DNA from: Macrostomum hystrix
Lineage: Eukaryota; Animalia; Platyhelminthes
Direction: 5' to 3'
Assembly (NCBI GenBank): GCA_950097015.1
Contig: CATNEN010000011.1
Location: 5,394,001 to 5,458,000, forward strand
DNA length: 64,000 nt
Positions 19,995 to 33,172 of this stretch are shown one piece after another. The stretch's first letter is position 1. Every line of letters starts with the position of its first letter. The notes under the pieces were generated by a model. It saw nothing but the letters and a program-made list of their open reading frames with translations, did not search any database and had not been told where the DNA came from. Made by a program: the position numbers and the translations under genes.

Positions 19995-20953
19995 ATGGAG
20001 GTGCTGCAGCCGCTGCTGCTGCTGCTGCTGCTGCTGCTGCACCAGACGCTAGTTCTGCCAACCGCCGCCCGAATAACCGGCCCCAACAACTACACGAACA
20101 TCGTCGATCGGATTGTCGACTCGATGTTTCGCAACTACAACAAGCATCATCGCCCAGTGCCGGCTAGTCGGCAGTCCAAAGACGGAAAAATCGAAGAGGA
20201 CCCAACCGAAGTCGAGGTCAACATGAAAATCCTCAGCATCAACAAGGTCGACGTCATCAACATGGAATTCACCTTAGACATGTATCTGAGACAGTTCTGG
20301 CGCGACGATCGACTCAGGTGGGACGACAAGGAGTTCAGTTTCTACAATGACTCCATCGCAATTCCAGCAAAGAAGGACAACCTGTGGCTACCAGATTTAT
20401 TCTTCCGCAATGGCAAACAGGGCTACCTTCACGAGATGACGCAACCGAATTACCTGATCCGCGTGGATCCCAACGGGAACATTCTGTACTCGCAGAAGGT
20501 GACAGTGAGATTCGCGTGCCAAATGCAGCTGCAGACGTTCCCGATGGACACCCAGATCTGCGACATGAACATCGGCAGCTACGGCTACACCACTTCGAAG
20601 CTGCTGTTCCGATGGAAGCGAGACGAGAAGAAAGTACCAGTCGAACTGGACGACACGATGCAGATATCCGAGTTCAACACTCCGACTGAGAAGGAGGTCA
20701 GCCCGATCGACTGCACGAAAGGAAGCGCCACAAGTACTGGCAGCTACGCCTGTCTGAAGGTTATCTTCAAACTCGAGAGACAACTGGGCAGCTACCTGTC
20801 CAGCACCTACATTCCTGCCATTCTCATCGTCACCGTGAGCTGGCTGAACTTCTGGATCAGCGTTGAGGCCGTGCCAGCACGGGTGTCTCTGGGTGTGCTC
20901 ACTCTGCTGGGCATCCTCACCCAGGGCATGTCCGTTATCAACAACCTTCCCAG
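19995..20953 (+). CDS. Cys-loop ligand-gated chloride channel (GluCl-like), first coding exon A: signal peptide, ECD, TM1, TM2
   Basis: ATG at 19995 with poly-Leu signal peptide. Motifs MYLRQFWRDDRL, WLPDLFFRN, Cys-loop CQMQLQTFPMDTQIC, loop C CTKGSATSTGSYACL and anion-selective TM2 PARVSLGVLTLL. Donor CCCAG|GTAAGG after 20953 (phase 2). Confidence 0.9.
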
Positions 20954-21169
20954 GTAAGGTGGCAAGTAGGGAGCATGGAAATACCGACTGCAATGGGGAG
21001 CGAGGTGGTTATTTTATGAAGAAAGAAATGAGGTGGTTTTCTTTAGGAGGCTAGGAGTAGGTCGTTTGTTCCGCAGAGTAGGGAGGAGGCTGCTTTTGAG
21101 AAGTGGAGAGTGATGTGGTTGTTGTGGGGATAGGCAGTGAGGTGGTTGGTTCATGCGAGATGGGGAGTG

Positions 21170-21755
21170 AGGTGGGTCTTTTACGCCCGGCGAGGAGTGA
21201 GGAAGTTGTTTTTGTAAACCGTACGAGGATTGAGGTGGCTGTTTTTTAAGCCAGGCGGGGAGTGAAGTGGTTGTTTTTTAAGCCAGGCGGGGAGTGAAGT
21301 GGTTGTTTTTTAAGCCAGGTGGGGAGTGAAGTGGTTGTTTTTTAAATCCAGGCGGGGAGTGAAGTGGTTGTTTTTTAAGCCAGGCGGGGAGTGAGGTGGT
21401 TGTTTTTTAAGCCAAGCCGGGAGGTGTTTGTTTTGCCCAGCGGGGAGTGAGGTGGTTGTTTTACGAGTACACCCGGCGGGGAGTGAGGTGGTTGTTTTAC
21501 GAGTACACCCGGTGGGGAGTGAAGTGGTTGTTTTACGCTAGGCGGGGAGTGAGGTGGTTGTTTTACGAGTACACCCGGTGGGGAGTGAAGTGGTTGTTTT
21601 ACGCTAGGCGGGGAGTGAGGTGGTTGTTTTTTAAGCCAAGCCGGGAGTGAGGTGTTTGTTTTGCTCGGCGGGGATCAAGGTGGTTCTTTTACGAGTACAC
21701 CCGGTGGGGAGTGAGGTGGTTGTTTTACGCTAGGCGGGGAGTGAGGTGGTTGTTT
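21170..21755. repeat. G-rich degenerate minisatellite (about 30-36 bp)
   Basis: Core GGCGGGGAGTGAGGTGGTTGTTTT. Confidence 0.85.
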
Positions 21756-22377
21756 CCCAGAGCTGTAAGATGTCTGCATATTAACTCATTCACAAAGAGC
21801 GCTTCAAAAACAAATAACAAATCCGTCAATTCAGTTAAGAATTTGTATATTCACTAGAAAAACTTTCCGCAATTTTTCGAATTTCTGTATTTGACAACTG
21901 CATATGAAATTGTAGTACGCGGTTTGTCTAGCAGCTGTAGCAGATTGGACTCAATTTACGTGAACTCATTCTCCAAGCTCTCAAATCCTTCTTTTTTCGC
22001 GAGTAAAATCAGCATATCACAAAGGTACCATGGCGAGTGTTTGAATCGAATGGTTGTAAACCATTCTAGAATTAGCATTTCTGCGCATGTCAGCTTTACA
22101 ATGGCATTAGTGCCGCTTCGAAAGTTTTAATTGTGCTAAATTTCAATAAGTTTTTGTTTGTCTGCATTTCCAGTGTTTTCGTTGCAGAACTATAAACAAT
22201 ATTAGGGTAAGAGTGTTTTATTTGTTTATAACAAATTAAAAAATTAATTTTTTTTCTTTCTTTGAACTCTATTTGATTTTGACTTCCAAATTGCTTTAGT
22301 CTCATTTCGCTTTATAAGATTTCTGACATGGGTTCTGAAACAAAAACTCTCTGAATGTACATCGGCCCAGACTCTCA

Positions 22378-23720
22378 CGGAGATTCTAGTGAGATTCTAG
22401 TTAGATTCTAGTGAGATTCTAGTTAGATTCTAGTGAGATTCTAGTTAGATTCTAGTGAGATTCTAGTGAGATTCTAGTGAGATTCTATTGAGATTCTAGT
22501 GAGATTCTAGTGAGATTCTATTGAGATTCTAGTGAGATTCTATTAAGATTCTAGTGAGATTCTAGTGAGATTCTAGTGAGATTCTAGTGAGATTCTAGTG
22601 AGATTCTAGTGAGATTCTAGTGAGATTCTAGTGAGATTCTATTGAGATTCTAGTGAGATTTTAGTGAGATTCTAGTGAGATTCTATTGAGATTCTAGTTA
22701 GATTCTAGTGAGATTCTAGTTAGATTCTAGTGAGATTCTAGTTAGATTCTAGTGAGATTCTAGTTAGATTCTAGTTAGATTCTAGTTAGATTCTAGTTAG
22801 ATTCTATTGAGATTCTAGTGAGATTCTAGTGAGATTCTATTGAGATTCTAGTGAGATTCTATTAAGATTCTAGTGAGATTCTAGTGAGATTCTAGTGAGA
22901 TTCTAGTTAGATTCTAGTGAGATTCTAGTGAGATTCTAGTGAGATTCTAGTGAGATTCTAGTGAGATTCTATTGAGATTCTAGTGAGATTCTAGTGAGAT
23001 TCTAGTGAGATTCTATTGAGATTCTAGTTAGATTCTAGTGAGATTCTAGTTAGATTCTAGTGAGATTCTAGTTAGATTCTAGTTAGATTCTAGTTAGATT
23101 CTAGTTAGATTCTAGTGAGATTCTAGTGAGATTCTAGTGAGATTCTAGTGAGATTCTATTGAGATTCTAGTGAGATTCTAGTGAGATTCTAGTGAGATTC
23201 TAGTGAGATTCTAGTGAGATTCTAGTGAGATTCTATTGAGATTCTAGTGAGATTCTATTGAGATTCTAGTGAGATTCTACTGAGATTCTATTAAGATTCT
23301 ACTGAGATTCTAGTGAGATTCTAGTGAGATTCTAGTGAGATTCTAGTGAGATTCTAGTTAGATTCTATTGAGATTCTAGTGAGATTCTAGTGAGATTCTA
23401 TTGAGATTCTAGTGAGATTCTAGTGAGATTCTAGTGAGATTCTAGTGAGATTCTAGTGAGATTCTAGTGAGATTCTAGTGAGATTCTAGTGAGATTCTAG
23501 TGAGATTCTAGTGAGATTCTAGTGAGATTCTAGTGAGATTCTATTAAGATTCTAATGAGATTCTAGTGAGATTCTATTGAGATTCTAGTGAGATTCTAGT
23601 GAGATTCTAGTGAGATTCTATTAAGATTCTAGTGAGATTCTAGTGAGATTCTAGCGAGATTCTAGTAAGATTTCAGTGAGATTCTATTGAGATTCTAGTA
23701 AGATTTCAGTGAGATTCTTA
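22378..23720. repeat. 11-bp satellite GAGATTCTAGT
   Basis: Direct reading of the tandem unit, with variants TAGATTCTAGT and GAGATTCTATT. Confidence 0.96.
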
Positions 23721-24287
23721 GAGCGTTATTTCCAGATATTCAAATGAGATTTTTCAAGAGTGCTTAATCGCAACGTTTTCCATTGCTGACCTCATAAAAA
23801 TGCTTGCCGAAAATTTTTCGCTTTTAGTCTTCTTCGCTCGAAAATAATATCCCCCTTCTTTGCGAAACTCTTCTAAATGACTGAAATGAAGAATGAAAAA
23901 AATCTGAAAATCTAAGAAACATTTCTCCCCCTTCGATTGCACCCTCTCTGCAGTCGGTAAAACTGCTGACGGATTCCTAACAATGAGCCCCAGCTGTTGA
24001 ATTCCTGCAGAGAGTCTAAGAGCGGTTGTGGTGTATTGCAGGATTTTTGGGGAAATAATCTGCAAATAAACTTATTCGCCTCGATGGCTAGCAACTCAGG
24101 GTTGATCAGAAGTGAATTCTAAGGCTCCTACTCAGTTGACTGCCTGGCTACTTCTGTTTGCAGTGTCTTCAATTCTCTGCTGAACTGCCCACTTCTGATT
24201 CAGCTGAGAATGGGCTGGGCTGGGCACTTCGCTTCGCGACCAAACGACTAACCCACGATTTCGGCCCGATTCTAAAAAATGCGATTT

Positions 24288-24339
24288 TTATCTATCTATC
24301 TATCCATCAATCTATCTATCTATCTATCTATCTATCCAG

Positions 24340-24386
<47 letters not shown>

Positions 24387-24433
24387 ATCTATGTATCTAT
24401 CTATCTATCTATCTATCCATCTATCTATCTATC

Positions 24434-24465
<32 letters not shown>
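24288..24465. repeat. (TATC)n microsatellite
   Basis: Direct reading. Confidence 0.95.
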
Positions 24466-24924
24466 GCTTTTTTCACGTCTTTTAATTAAAAAGATGACAG
24501 CTTAGAACGATTGCTGCAGTTCGTTTAGTCCCTTCAAAGGCACAAAATATTACAAAAGGTTTTCCTAAAAGATAAAAAATATTTTTCTTCTATCGACTCA
24601 ATGCATTCAGGATTTTGTTCTAAACGACTTTGCGCTAATCCGTGCTTTAATCCAACGCAAAGACAGGCGAAAAAACTCGACTGAAAATATTAAAAAAATA
24701 CTTAATCGTTGACGTCTGACTGCTAAATTTCTAACAAATGCCGAATAGGTTGAACAGAGGGTGAGATTAGGGACTGCAAGTTAAAGTGTGACAGGTGCAC
24801 AGATGCACTTCTGAATCTCAAGGATCCAATCTCTGAATCTTTAGACAGATTCTGGGGAGATTCCAGGAAGATTCTTGGAAAAACTCTTCTGTGGAGCTTC
24901 TTAAAAAAGTATCAGCAAGATTCT

Positions 24925-25360
24925 GGCGAGATTCTAGTGAGATTCTATTGAGATTCTAGTGAGATTCTAGTGAGATTCTATTATAGTTAGATTCTAGTGA
25001 GATTCTAGTGAGATTCTATTGAGATTCTATTGAGATTCTAGTGAGATTCTAGTGAGATTCTATTGAGATTCTAGTGAGATTCTAGTGAGATTCTAGTTAG
25101 ATTCTAGTGAGATTCTAGTTAGATTCTAGTGAGATTCTAGTTAGATTCTAGTGAGATTCTAGTGAGATTCTAGTTAGATTCTAGTTAGATTCTAGTTAGA
25201 TTCTAGTGAGATTCTAGTGAGATTCTAGTGAGATTCTAGTTAGATTCTAGTGAGATTCTAGTTAGATTCTAGTGAGATTCTAGTTAGATTCTAGTGAGAT
25301 TCTCGTGAGATTCTATTGAGATTATTTTAAGATTCTATTGAGATTCTCGTGAGATTCTAG
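24925..25360. repeat. 11-bp satellite GAGATTCTAGT, second block
   Basis: Same unit as 22378-23720. Confidence 0.93.
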
Positions 25361-26169
25361 TGAGTTTCTGTGGAGATTCTGAAGATATTTTGAGAAGATT
25401 CTGGAAAGATTCTCAGGTGATTCTGAAGAGATTCATGATATTAGAAGCAGAGAGTAAATTTGAGCATCTCAGACCCAACCCCAGACTCATGTATCTCCCC
25501 TCACTCAGCCAGTCAGCAGTCAGACCCGTATTTATCCCGCGAGATTCAGCAATCTGACCTAATCTGCTAGCATCACAGCTGCAGCAGCAGTTCAATTTAT
25601 TTTCAATCAAAATTATCCACCCCATTAAGGTCTATCTGCCTCCTGAGAAAAAAATTTGCTTCAAATTTCTCACAGCGCGTGGATTCCTGCGTTCTGGGCA
25701 GACGGCCCCTGCTCTGGTAAATCGCGTTCCCAAATTGTGTCTGATGCAGCACAGACTTTGGGCGGGTAGCAGAAAAAATTACTGACTTCCGGTTTCCGCT
25801 TGCAGAGATGAGAAATCTGTGCCAGCCAGCCGAATACTCGACCCAGCAACCAGCCACCCTCGCTTTTTTCCTATCTCAGCCTCAGAGATAACACCTGCTA
25901 CCCCACTCCAGGTTGAATAAGCAAGTCATGCCTTCTCTCATTCACTCCTGCAATGTCTCCTGTTCCCATGCCAGCTCATGTGTGTGTTCCTTTTTCCATA
26001 GTAATTTCAATTTTATCAGTGCCCTTATTTTTGAGATACTCATTTTTAAGGGAGGGGGAATAAATGTACACTAGGCTAATTATCATCTTCTCACAGCCTG
26101 CGAACCTAACAGCATTCCTCCAGACCCTGTTCCCTACCTGTTATGCTCTGTTATGCTACCTGTTATTCT

Positions 26170-26800
26170 CCTATTCCCTCTTTCTTCCCCACTCTTCCCC
26201 TCTCCACCCTCTCTCCCCCTCTCCACCCCCTTCACCCTCTTTCCCTCTCCACCCTCTCTTGCCCTCTCTTCCCCTCTCTTCCCCTCTATTCCCCTCTCCA
26301 CCCCCTCCACTCTCTCTTCCCCTCTCCACCCTCTCTTCCCCTCTATTCCCCTCTCCACCCTCTCTTGCCCTCTCTTGCCCTCTCTTCCCCTCTATTCCCC
26401 TCTCTTCCCCTCTATTCCCCTCTACACCCTCTCTTGCCCTCTCTTGCCCTCTCTTCCCCTCTATTCCCCTCTCCACCCTCTCTTGCCCTCTCTTGCCCTC
26501 TCTTCCCCTCTATTCCCCTCTCTTCCCCTCTCCACCCTCTCTTCCCCTCTCCACCCTCTCTTCCCCTCTCCACCCTCTCTTCCCCTCTCCACCCTCTCTT
26601 CCCCTCTCCACTCCACCCTTTCTTCCCCTCTCCACCCTCTTTTCCCCTCTCCACCCTCTCTCCCCCTCTCCACCCTCTCTCGCCCTCTTCCCCTCTCCAC
26701 CCTCTCCACCCTCTCTTCCCCTCTCAACCCTCTCCACCCTCTCTTCCCCTCTTCACCCCTCCACCCTCTCTTCCCCTCTCTTCCCCTCCCCACCCACTCT
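26170..26800. repeat. Polypyrimidine (C/T) low-complexity repeat
   Basis: Motifs such as CCCCTCTCCACCCTCTCTT. Confidence 0.9.
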
Positions 26801-27689
26801 TCTCCTTTTTCCATCTTCCCCTCTGTCCCGCTCTCCCCAGCTACTTTCCTATGTTTTCCCCTTTTAAAACTTCTCTCCCCATTTGTTTTTTCAAAGCAGC
26901 GAAAAGTTCCTTATTTATAATTGCTTAACAAGAAGATACTCGTTGCTCAATATGTCCGGGTAAACTTCGCATTTAATCTTCCGTCGGGTACTTATCGGCT
27001 TTTGAAAGGCGGCTAGCGATGCTGCAGCCCTCGCCGCGGAGAATACTCGGGGTGTTAATATCGTTGCTAAAGAAATTCGCGCTGATAGGAGGGGTGGAAT
27101 GGATAATTTGTGTGGGATCTTAGCGAGGCCAAGGGCGTGTCGGGGTCCCGAATTTTGCAGAGATACGCGCCTAGTTGCATCGGCTGCACTCTATAAATAG
27201 CTGATAGTTTTATAGAATAAATGAATAACGTGTGTAGCTGTCGCATGCGTGTGTCTTTGCGTGTGTCTTATTCTTTAGCTCTATCTTACTAGATATCTCT
27301 CCAATCAGTCATTTGTGGGCCCAAGCAGCAGTAGCAGCAGCAGCAGCAGATGAGCAGCAGATGGTACTCAATGGAAGCCCCGATTATTAAGAATTATTTT
27401 CGCCCTAAGGCAGTTCAGTTCGTGCCAAGTCGGAACTGTCATTTTGTGTATTAAAACTTGTCGATACTAGGCATAAAATATTTGTAGAAGACTCTGGGAA
27501 GATTCCTGAGTCCTTCTCAAAAAAGATGCTTTAGAGATTCAAGGTGGATTCGCAAGAGATTCTAGGGAGATTTTGGAGAGATTCTGGGAAAACTCTTGTG
27601 AGATTCTCAGAAGAATCTAAGGCTAATCCGGAGAGATTCTGGGAAGTTTTTGCGGAAATTCTGGGGATTTTCTCGAGCGATTCCAGGAA

Positions 27690-30600
27690 GATTCTGGAGA
27701 GATTCTGAAGAGATTCTGGAGAGATTCTGGAGAGATTCCGGAGAGATTCTGGAGAGATTCTGGAGAGATTCTGGAGAGATTCCGGAGAGATTCTGGAGAG
27801 ATTCTGGAGAGATTCTGGAGAGATTCCGGAGAGATTCTGGAGAGATTCTAGAGAGATTCCGGAGAGATTCTGGAGAGATTCTGGAGAGATTCTGGAGAGA
27901 TTCTGGAGAGATTCTGGAGAGATTCTAGAGAGATTCCGGAGAGATTCTGGAGAGATTCTGGAGAGATTCTGGAGAGATTCTGGAGAGATTCCGGAGAGAT
28001 TCTGGAGAGATTCTGGAGAGATTCTGGAGAGATTCTGGAGAGATTCTGGAGAGATTCTGGAGAGATTCTGGAGAGATTCTAGAGAGATTCCGGAGAGATT
28101 CTGGAGAGATTCTGGAGAGATTCTGGAGAGATTCTGGAGAGATTCCGGAGAGATTCTGGAGAGATTCTGGAGACATTTTAGAGAGATTCTGGAGAGATTT
28201 TAGAGAGATTCCCGAGAGATTCTAGAGAGATTCTGGAGAGATTCTGGAGAGATTCTGGAGAGATTCTGGAGAGATTCCGGAGAGATTCTGGAGAGATTCT
28301 GGAGACATTTTAGAGAGATTCTGGAGAGATTTTAGAGAGATTCCCGAGAGATTCTAGAGAGATTCTGGAGAGATTCTGGAGAGATTCTGAAGAGATTCTA
28401 GAGAGATTCCGGAGAGATTCTGGAGAGATTCTGGAGAGATTCTGGAGAGATTCTGGAGAGATTCCGGAGAGATTCTGGAGAGATTCTGGAGAGATTCTGG
28501 AGAGATTCTGGAGAGATTCTGGAGAGATTCTGGAGAGATTCTGGAGAGATTCTAGAGAGATTCCGGAGAGATTCTGGAGAGATTCTGGAGAGATTCTGGA
28601 GAGATTCTGGAGAGATTCTGGAGAGATTCTGGAGAGATTCCGGAGAGATTCTGGAGAGATTCTGGAGAGATTCTGGAGAGATTCTGGAGAGATTCTGGAG
28701 AGATTCTGGAGAGATTCTGGAGAGATTCTAGAGAGATTCCGGAGAGATTCTGGAGAGATTCTGGAGAGATTCTGGAGAGATTCTGGAGAGATTCCGGAGA
28801 GATTCTGGAGAGATTCTGGAGACATTTTAGAGAGATTCTGGAGAGATTTTAGAGAGATTCCCGAGAGATTCTAGAGAGATTCTGGAGAGATTCTGGAGAG
28901 ATTCTGGAGAGATTCTGGAGAGATTCCGGAGAGATTCTGGAGAGATTCTGGAGACATTTTAGAGAGATTCTGGAGAGATTTTAGAGAGATTCCCGAGAGA
29001 TTCTAGAGAGATTCTGGAGAGATTCTGGAGAGATTCTGAAGAGATTCTAGAGAGATTCCGGAGAGATTCTGGAGAGATTCTGGAGAGATTCTGGAGAGAT
29101 TCTAGAGAGATTCTGGAGAGATTCTGGAGAGTTCTGAAGAGATTCTGGAGAGATTCTAGAGAGATTCTGGAGAGATTCCGGAGAGATTCTGGAGAGATTC
29201 TGGAGAGATTCTGGAGAGTTCTGGAGAGATTCTAGAGAGATTCTAGAGAGATTCTAGAGAGATTCTAGAGAGATTCTGGAGAGATTCTGGAGAGATTCCG
29301 GAGAGTTCTGGAGAGATTTTAGAGAGATTCTGGAGAGATTCCGGAGAGATTCTGGAGAGATTCTGGAGAGATTCTGGAGAGATTCTGAAGAGATTCCGGA
29401 GAGTTCTGGAGAGATTCTAGAGAGATTCTAGAGAGATTCTGAAGAGATTCCGGAGAGATTCTGGAGAGATTCCGGAGAGATTCTGAAGAGATTCTAGAGA
29501 GATTCTAGAGAGATTCTGAAGAGATTCCGGAGAGATTCTGGAGAGATTCCGGAGAGATTCTGAAGAGATTCTGAAGAGATTCCGGAGAGTTCTGGAGAGA
29601 TTCTAGAGAGATTCTAGAGAGATTCTGAAGAGATTCCGGAGAGATTCTGGAGAGATTCCGGAGAGATTCTGGAGAGATTCTGGAGAGTTCTGGAGAGATT
29701 CTAGAGAGATTCTGGAGAGATTCCGGACAGATTCTGGAGAGATTCTGGAGAGATCTGGAGAGATTTTAGAGAGATTCTGGAGAGATTCCGGAGAGATTCT
29801 GGAGAGATTCTGGAGAGTTCTGGAGAGATTTTAGAGAGATTCTGGAGAGATTCTGGAGAGATTCTGGAGAGATTCTAGAGAGATTCTGAATAGATTCCGG
29901 AGAGATTCTGGAGAGATTCCGGAGAGATTCCGGAGAGATTCCGGAGAGATTCTGGAGAGATTCTGGAGAGATTCTGGAGAGATTCTGGAGAGATTCGGAA
30001 GAGATTCTGGAGAGATTCCGGAGAGATTCTGGAGAGATTCCGGAGAGATTCTGGAGAGATTCTGGAGAGATTCTGGAGAGATTCTGGAGAGATTCCGGAG
30101 AGATTCTGGAGAGATTCTGGAGACATTTTAGAGAGATTCTGGAGAGATTTTAGAGAGATTCCCGAGAGATTCTAGAGAGATTCTGGAGAGATTCTGGAGA
30201 GATTCTGAAGAGATTCTAGAGAGATTCCGGAGAGATTCTGGAGAGATTCTGGAGAGATTCTGGAGAGATTCTAGAGAGATTCTAGAGAGATTCTGGAGAG
30301 ATTTTAGGGAGATTCTGGAGAGTTCTGGAGAGATTCTAGAGAGATTCTAGAGAGATTCTAGAGAGATTCTAGAGAGATTCTGGAGAGATTCTGGAGAGAT
30401 TCCGGAGAGTTCTGGAGAGATTTTAGAGAGATTCTGGAGAGATTCCGGAGAGATTCTGGAGAGATTCTGGAGAGATTCCGGAGAGTTCTGGAGAGATTCT
30501 GGAGAGATTCTAGAGAGATTCTGAAGAGATTCCGGAGAGATTCTGGAGAGATTCTGGAGAGTTCTGGAGAGATTCTGGAGAGTTCTGGAGAGATTCTAGA

Positions 30601-33172
30601 GAGATTCTGGAGAGATTCCGGAGAGATTCTGGAGAGATTCTAGAGAGATTCCGGAGAGATTCTGGAGAGATTCTGGAGAGATTCTGGAGAGATTCTGGAG
30701 AGATTCTGAAGAGATTCTGGAGAGATTCTGGAGAGTTCTGGAGAGATTCTGGAGAGATTCTAGAGAGATTCTGGAGAGATTCTGGAGAGTTCTGAAGAGA
30801 TTCTGGAGAGATTCTAGAGAGATTCTGGAGAGATTTTAGGGAGATTCTGGAGAGTTCTGGAGAGATTCTAGAGAGATTCTAGAGAGATTCTAGAGAGATT
30901 CTAGAGAGATTCTGGAGAGATTCTGGAGAGATTCCGAAGAGTTCTGGAGAGATTTTAGAGAGATTCTGGAGAGATTCCGGAGAGATTCTGGAGAGATTCT
31001 GGAGAGATTCCGGAGAGTTCTGGAGAGATTCTAGAGAGATTCTAGAGAGATTCTGAAGAGATTCCGGAGAGATTCTGGAGAGATTCCGGAGAGATTCTGG
31101 AGAGATTCTGGAGAGATTTTAGGGAGATTCTGGAGAGTTCTGGAGAGATTCTAGAGAGATTCTAGAGAGATTCTAGAGAGATTCCGGAGAGATTCTGGAG
31201 AGATTCTGGAGAGTTCTGGAGAGATTCTAGAGAGATTCTGGAGAGATTCCGGAGAGATTCTGGAGAGATTCTGGAGAGTTCTGGAGAGATTTTAGAGAGA
31301 TTCTGGAGAGATTCTGGAGAGATTCTGGAGAGATTCTGAAGAGATTCTGGAGAGATTCTAGAGAGATTTTAGAGAGATTCCGGAGAGATTCTGGTGAGAT
31401 TCTGGAGAGATTCTGGACAGATTCTGAAGAGATTTTGGAGAGATTCTGGAGAGATTCTGGAGAGATTATGGAGAGATTGTAGAGAGATTCTGGAGAGATT
31501 CTGGAGAGATTCTGGAGAGATTCTGGAGAGATTCTGGAGAGATTCCGGAGAGATTCTGGAGAGATTCTGGAGACATTTTAGAGAGATTCTGGAGAGATTT
31601 TAGAGAGATTCCCGAGAGATTCTAGAGAGATTCTGGAGAGATTCTGGAGAGATTCTGAAGAGATTCTGGAGAGATTCTGGAGAGTTCTGGAGAGATTCTG
31701 GAGAGATTCTGGAGAGATTCTAGAGAGATTCTGGAGAGATTCTGGAGAGTTCTGAAGAGATTCTGGAGAGATTCTAGAGAGATTCTGGAGAGATTTTAGG
31801 GAGATTCTGGAGAGTTCTGGAGAGATTCTAGAGAGATTCTAGAGAGATTCTAGAGAGATTCTAGAGAGATTCTGGAGAGATTCTGGAGAGATTCCGAAGA
31901 GTTCTGGAGAGATTTTAGAGAGATTCTGGAGAGATTCCGGAGAGATTCTGGAGAGATTCTGGAGAGATTCCGAAGAGTTCTGGAGAGATTTAGAGAGATT
32001 CTGGAGAGATTCCGGAGAGTTCTGGAGAGATTCTGGAGAGATTCTAGAGAGATTCTGAAGAGATTCCGGAGAGATTCTGGAGAGATTCCGGAGAGATTCT
32101 GAAGAGATTCCGGAGAGATTCTGGAGAGATTCTGGAGAGATTCTAGAGAGATTCTGAAGAGATTCCGGAGAGATTCTGGAGAGATTCTGGAGAGATTCCG
32201 AAGAGTTCTGGAGAGATTTTAGAGAGATTCTGGAGAGATTCCGGAGAGTTCTGGAGAGATTCTGGAGAGATTCTAGAGAGATTCTGAAGAGATTCCGGAG
32301 AGATTCTGGAGAGATTCCGGAGAGATTCTGAAGAGATTCCGGAGAGATTCTGGAGAGATTCTGGAGAGATTCTAGAGAGATTCTGAAGAGATTCCGGAGA
32401 GTTCTGGAGAGATTCTGGAGAGATTCTAGAGAGATTCTGAAGAGATTCCGGAGAGATTCTGGAGAGATTCTAGAGAGATTCTGAAGAGATTCCGGAGAGA
32501 TTCTGGAGAGATTCCGGAGAGATTCTGGAGAGATTCTGGAGAGATTTTAGGGAGATTCTGGAGAGTTCTGGAGAGATTCTAGAGAGATTCTAGAGAGATT
32601 CTAGAGAGATTCTAGAGAGATTCTGGAGAGATTCTGGAGAGATTCCGAAGAGTTCTGGAGAGATTTTAGAGAGATTCTGGAGAGATTCCGGAGAGATTCT
32701 GGAGAGATTCTGGAGAGATTCCGGAGAGTTCTGGAGAGATTCTAGAGAGATTCTAGAGAGATTCTGAAGAGATTCCGGAGAGATTCTGGAGAGATTCCGG
32801 AGAGATTCTGGAGAGATTCTGGAGAGTTCTGGAGAGATTCTAGAGAGATTCTGGAGAGATTCCGGAGAGATTCTGGAGAGATTCTGGAGAGTTCTGGAGA
32901 GATTTTAGAGAGATTCTGGAGAGATTCCGGAGAGATTCTGGAGAGATTCTGGAGAGTTCTGGAGAGATTTTAGAGAGATTCTGGAGAGATTCTGGAGAGA
33001 TTCTAGAGAGATTTTAGAGAGATTCTGGAGAGATTCTGGAGAGATTCTAGAGAGATTCTAGAGAGATTCTGAAGAGATTCCGGAGAGATTCTGGAGAGAT
33101 TCCGGAGAGATTCTGGAGAGATTATGGAGAGATTCTAGAGAGATTCTGGAGAGATTCTAGAGAGATTCTAGA
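27690..33172. repeat. 11-bp satellite GAGATTCTGGA (about 5.5 kb)
   Basis: Tandem unit with variants GAGATTCCGGA, GAGATTCTAGA and GAGATTCTGAA, and recurring marker blocks. Confidence 0.97.
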
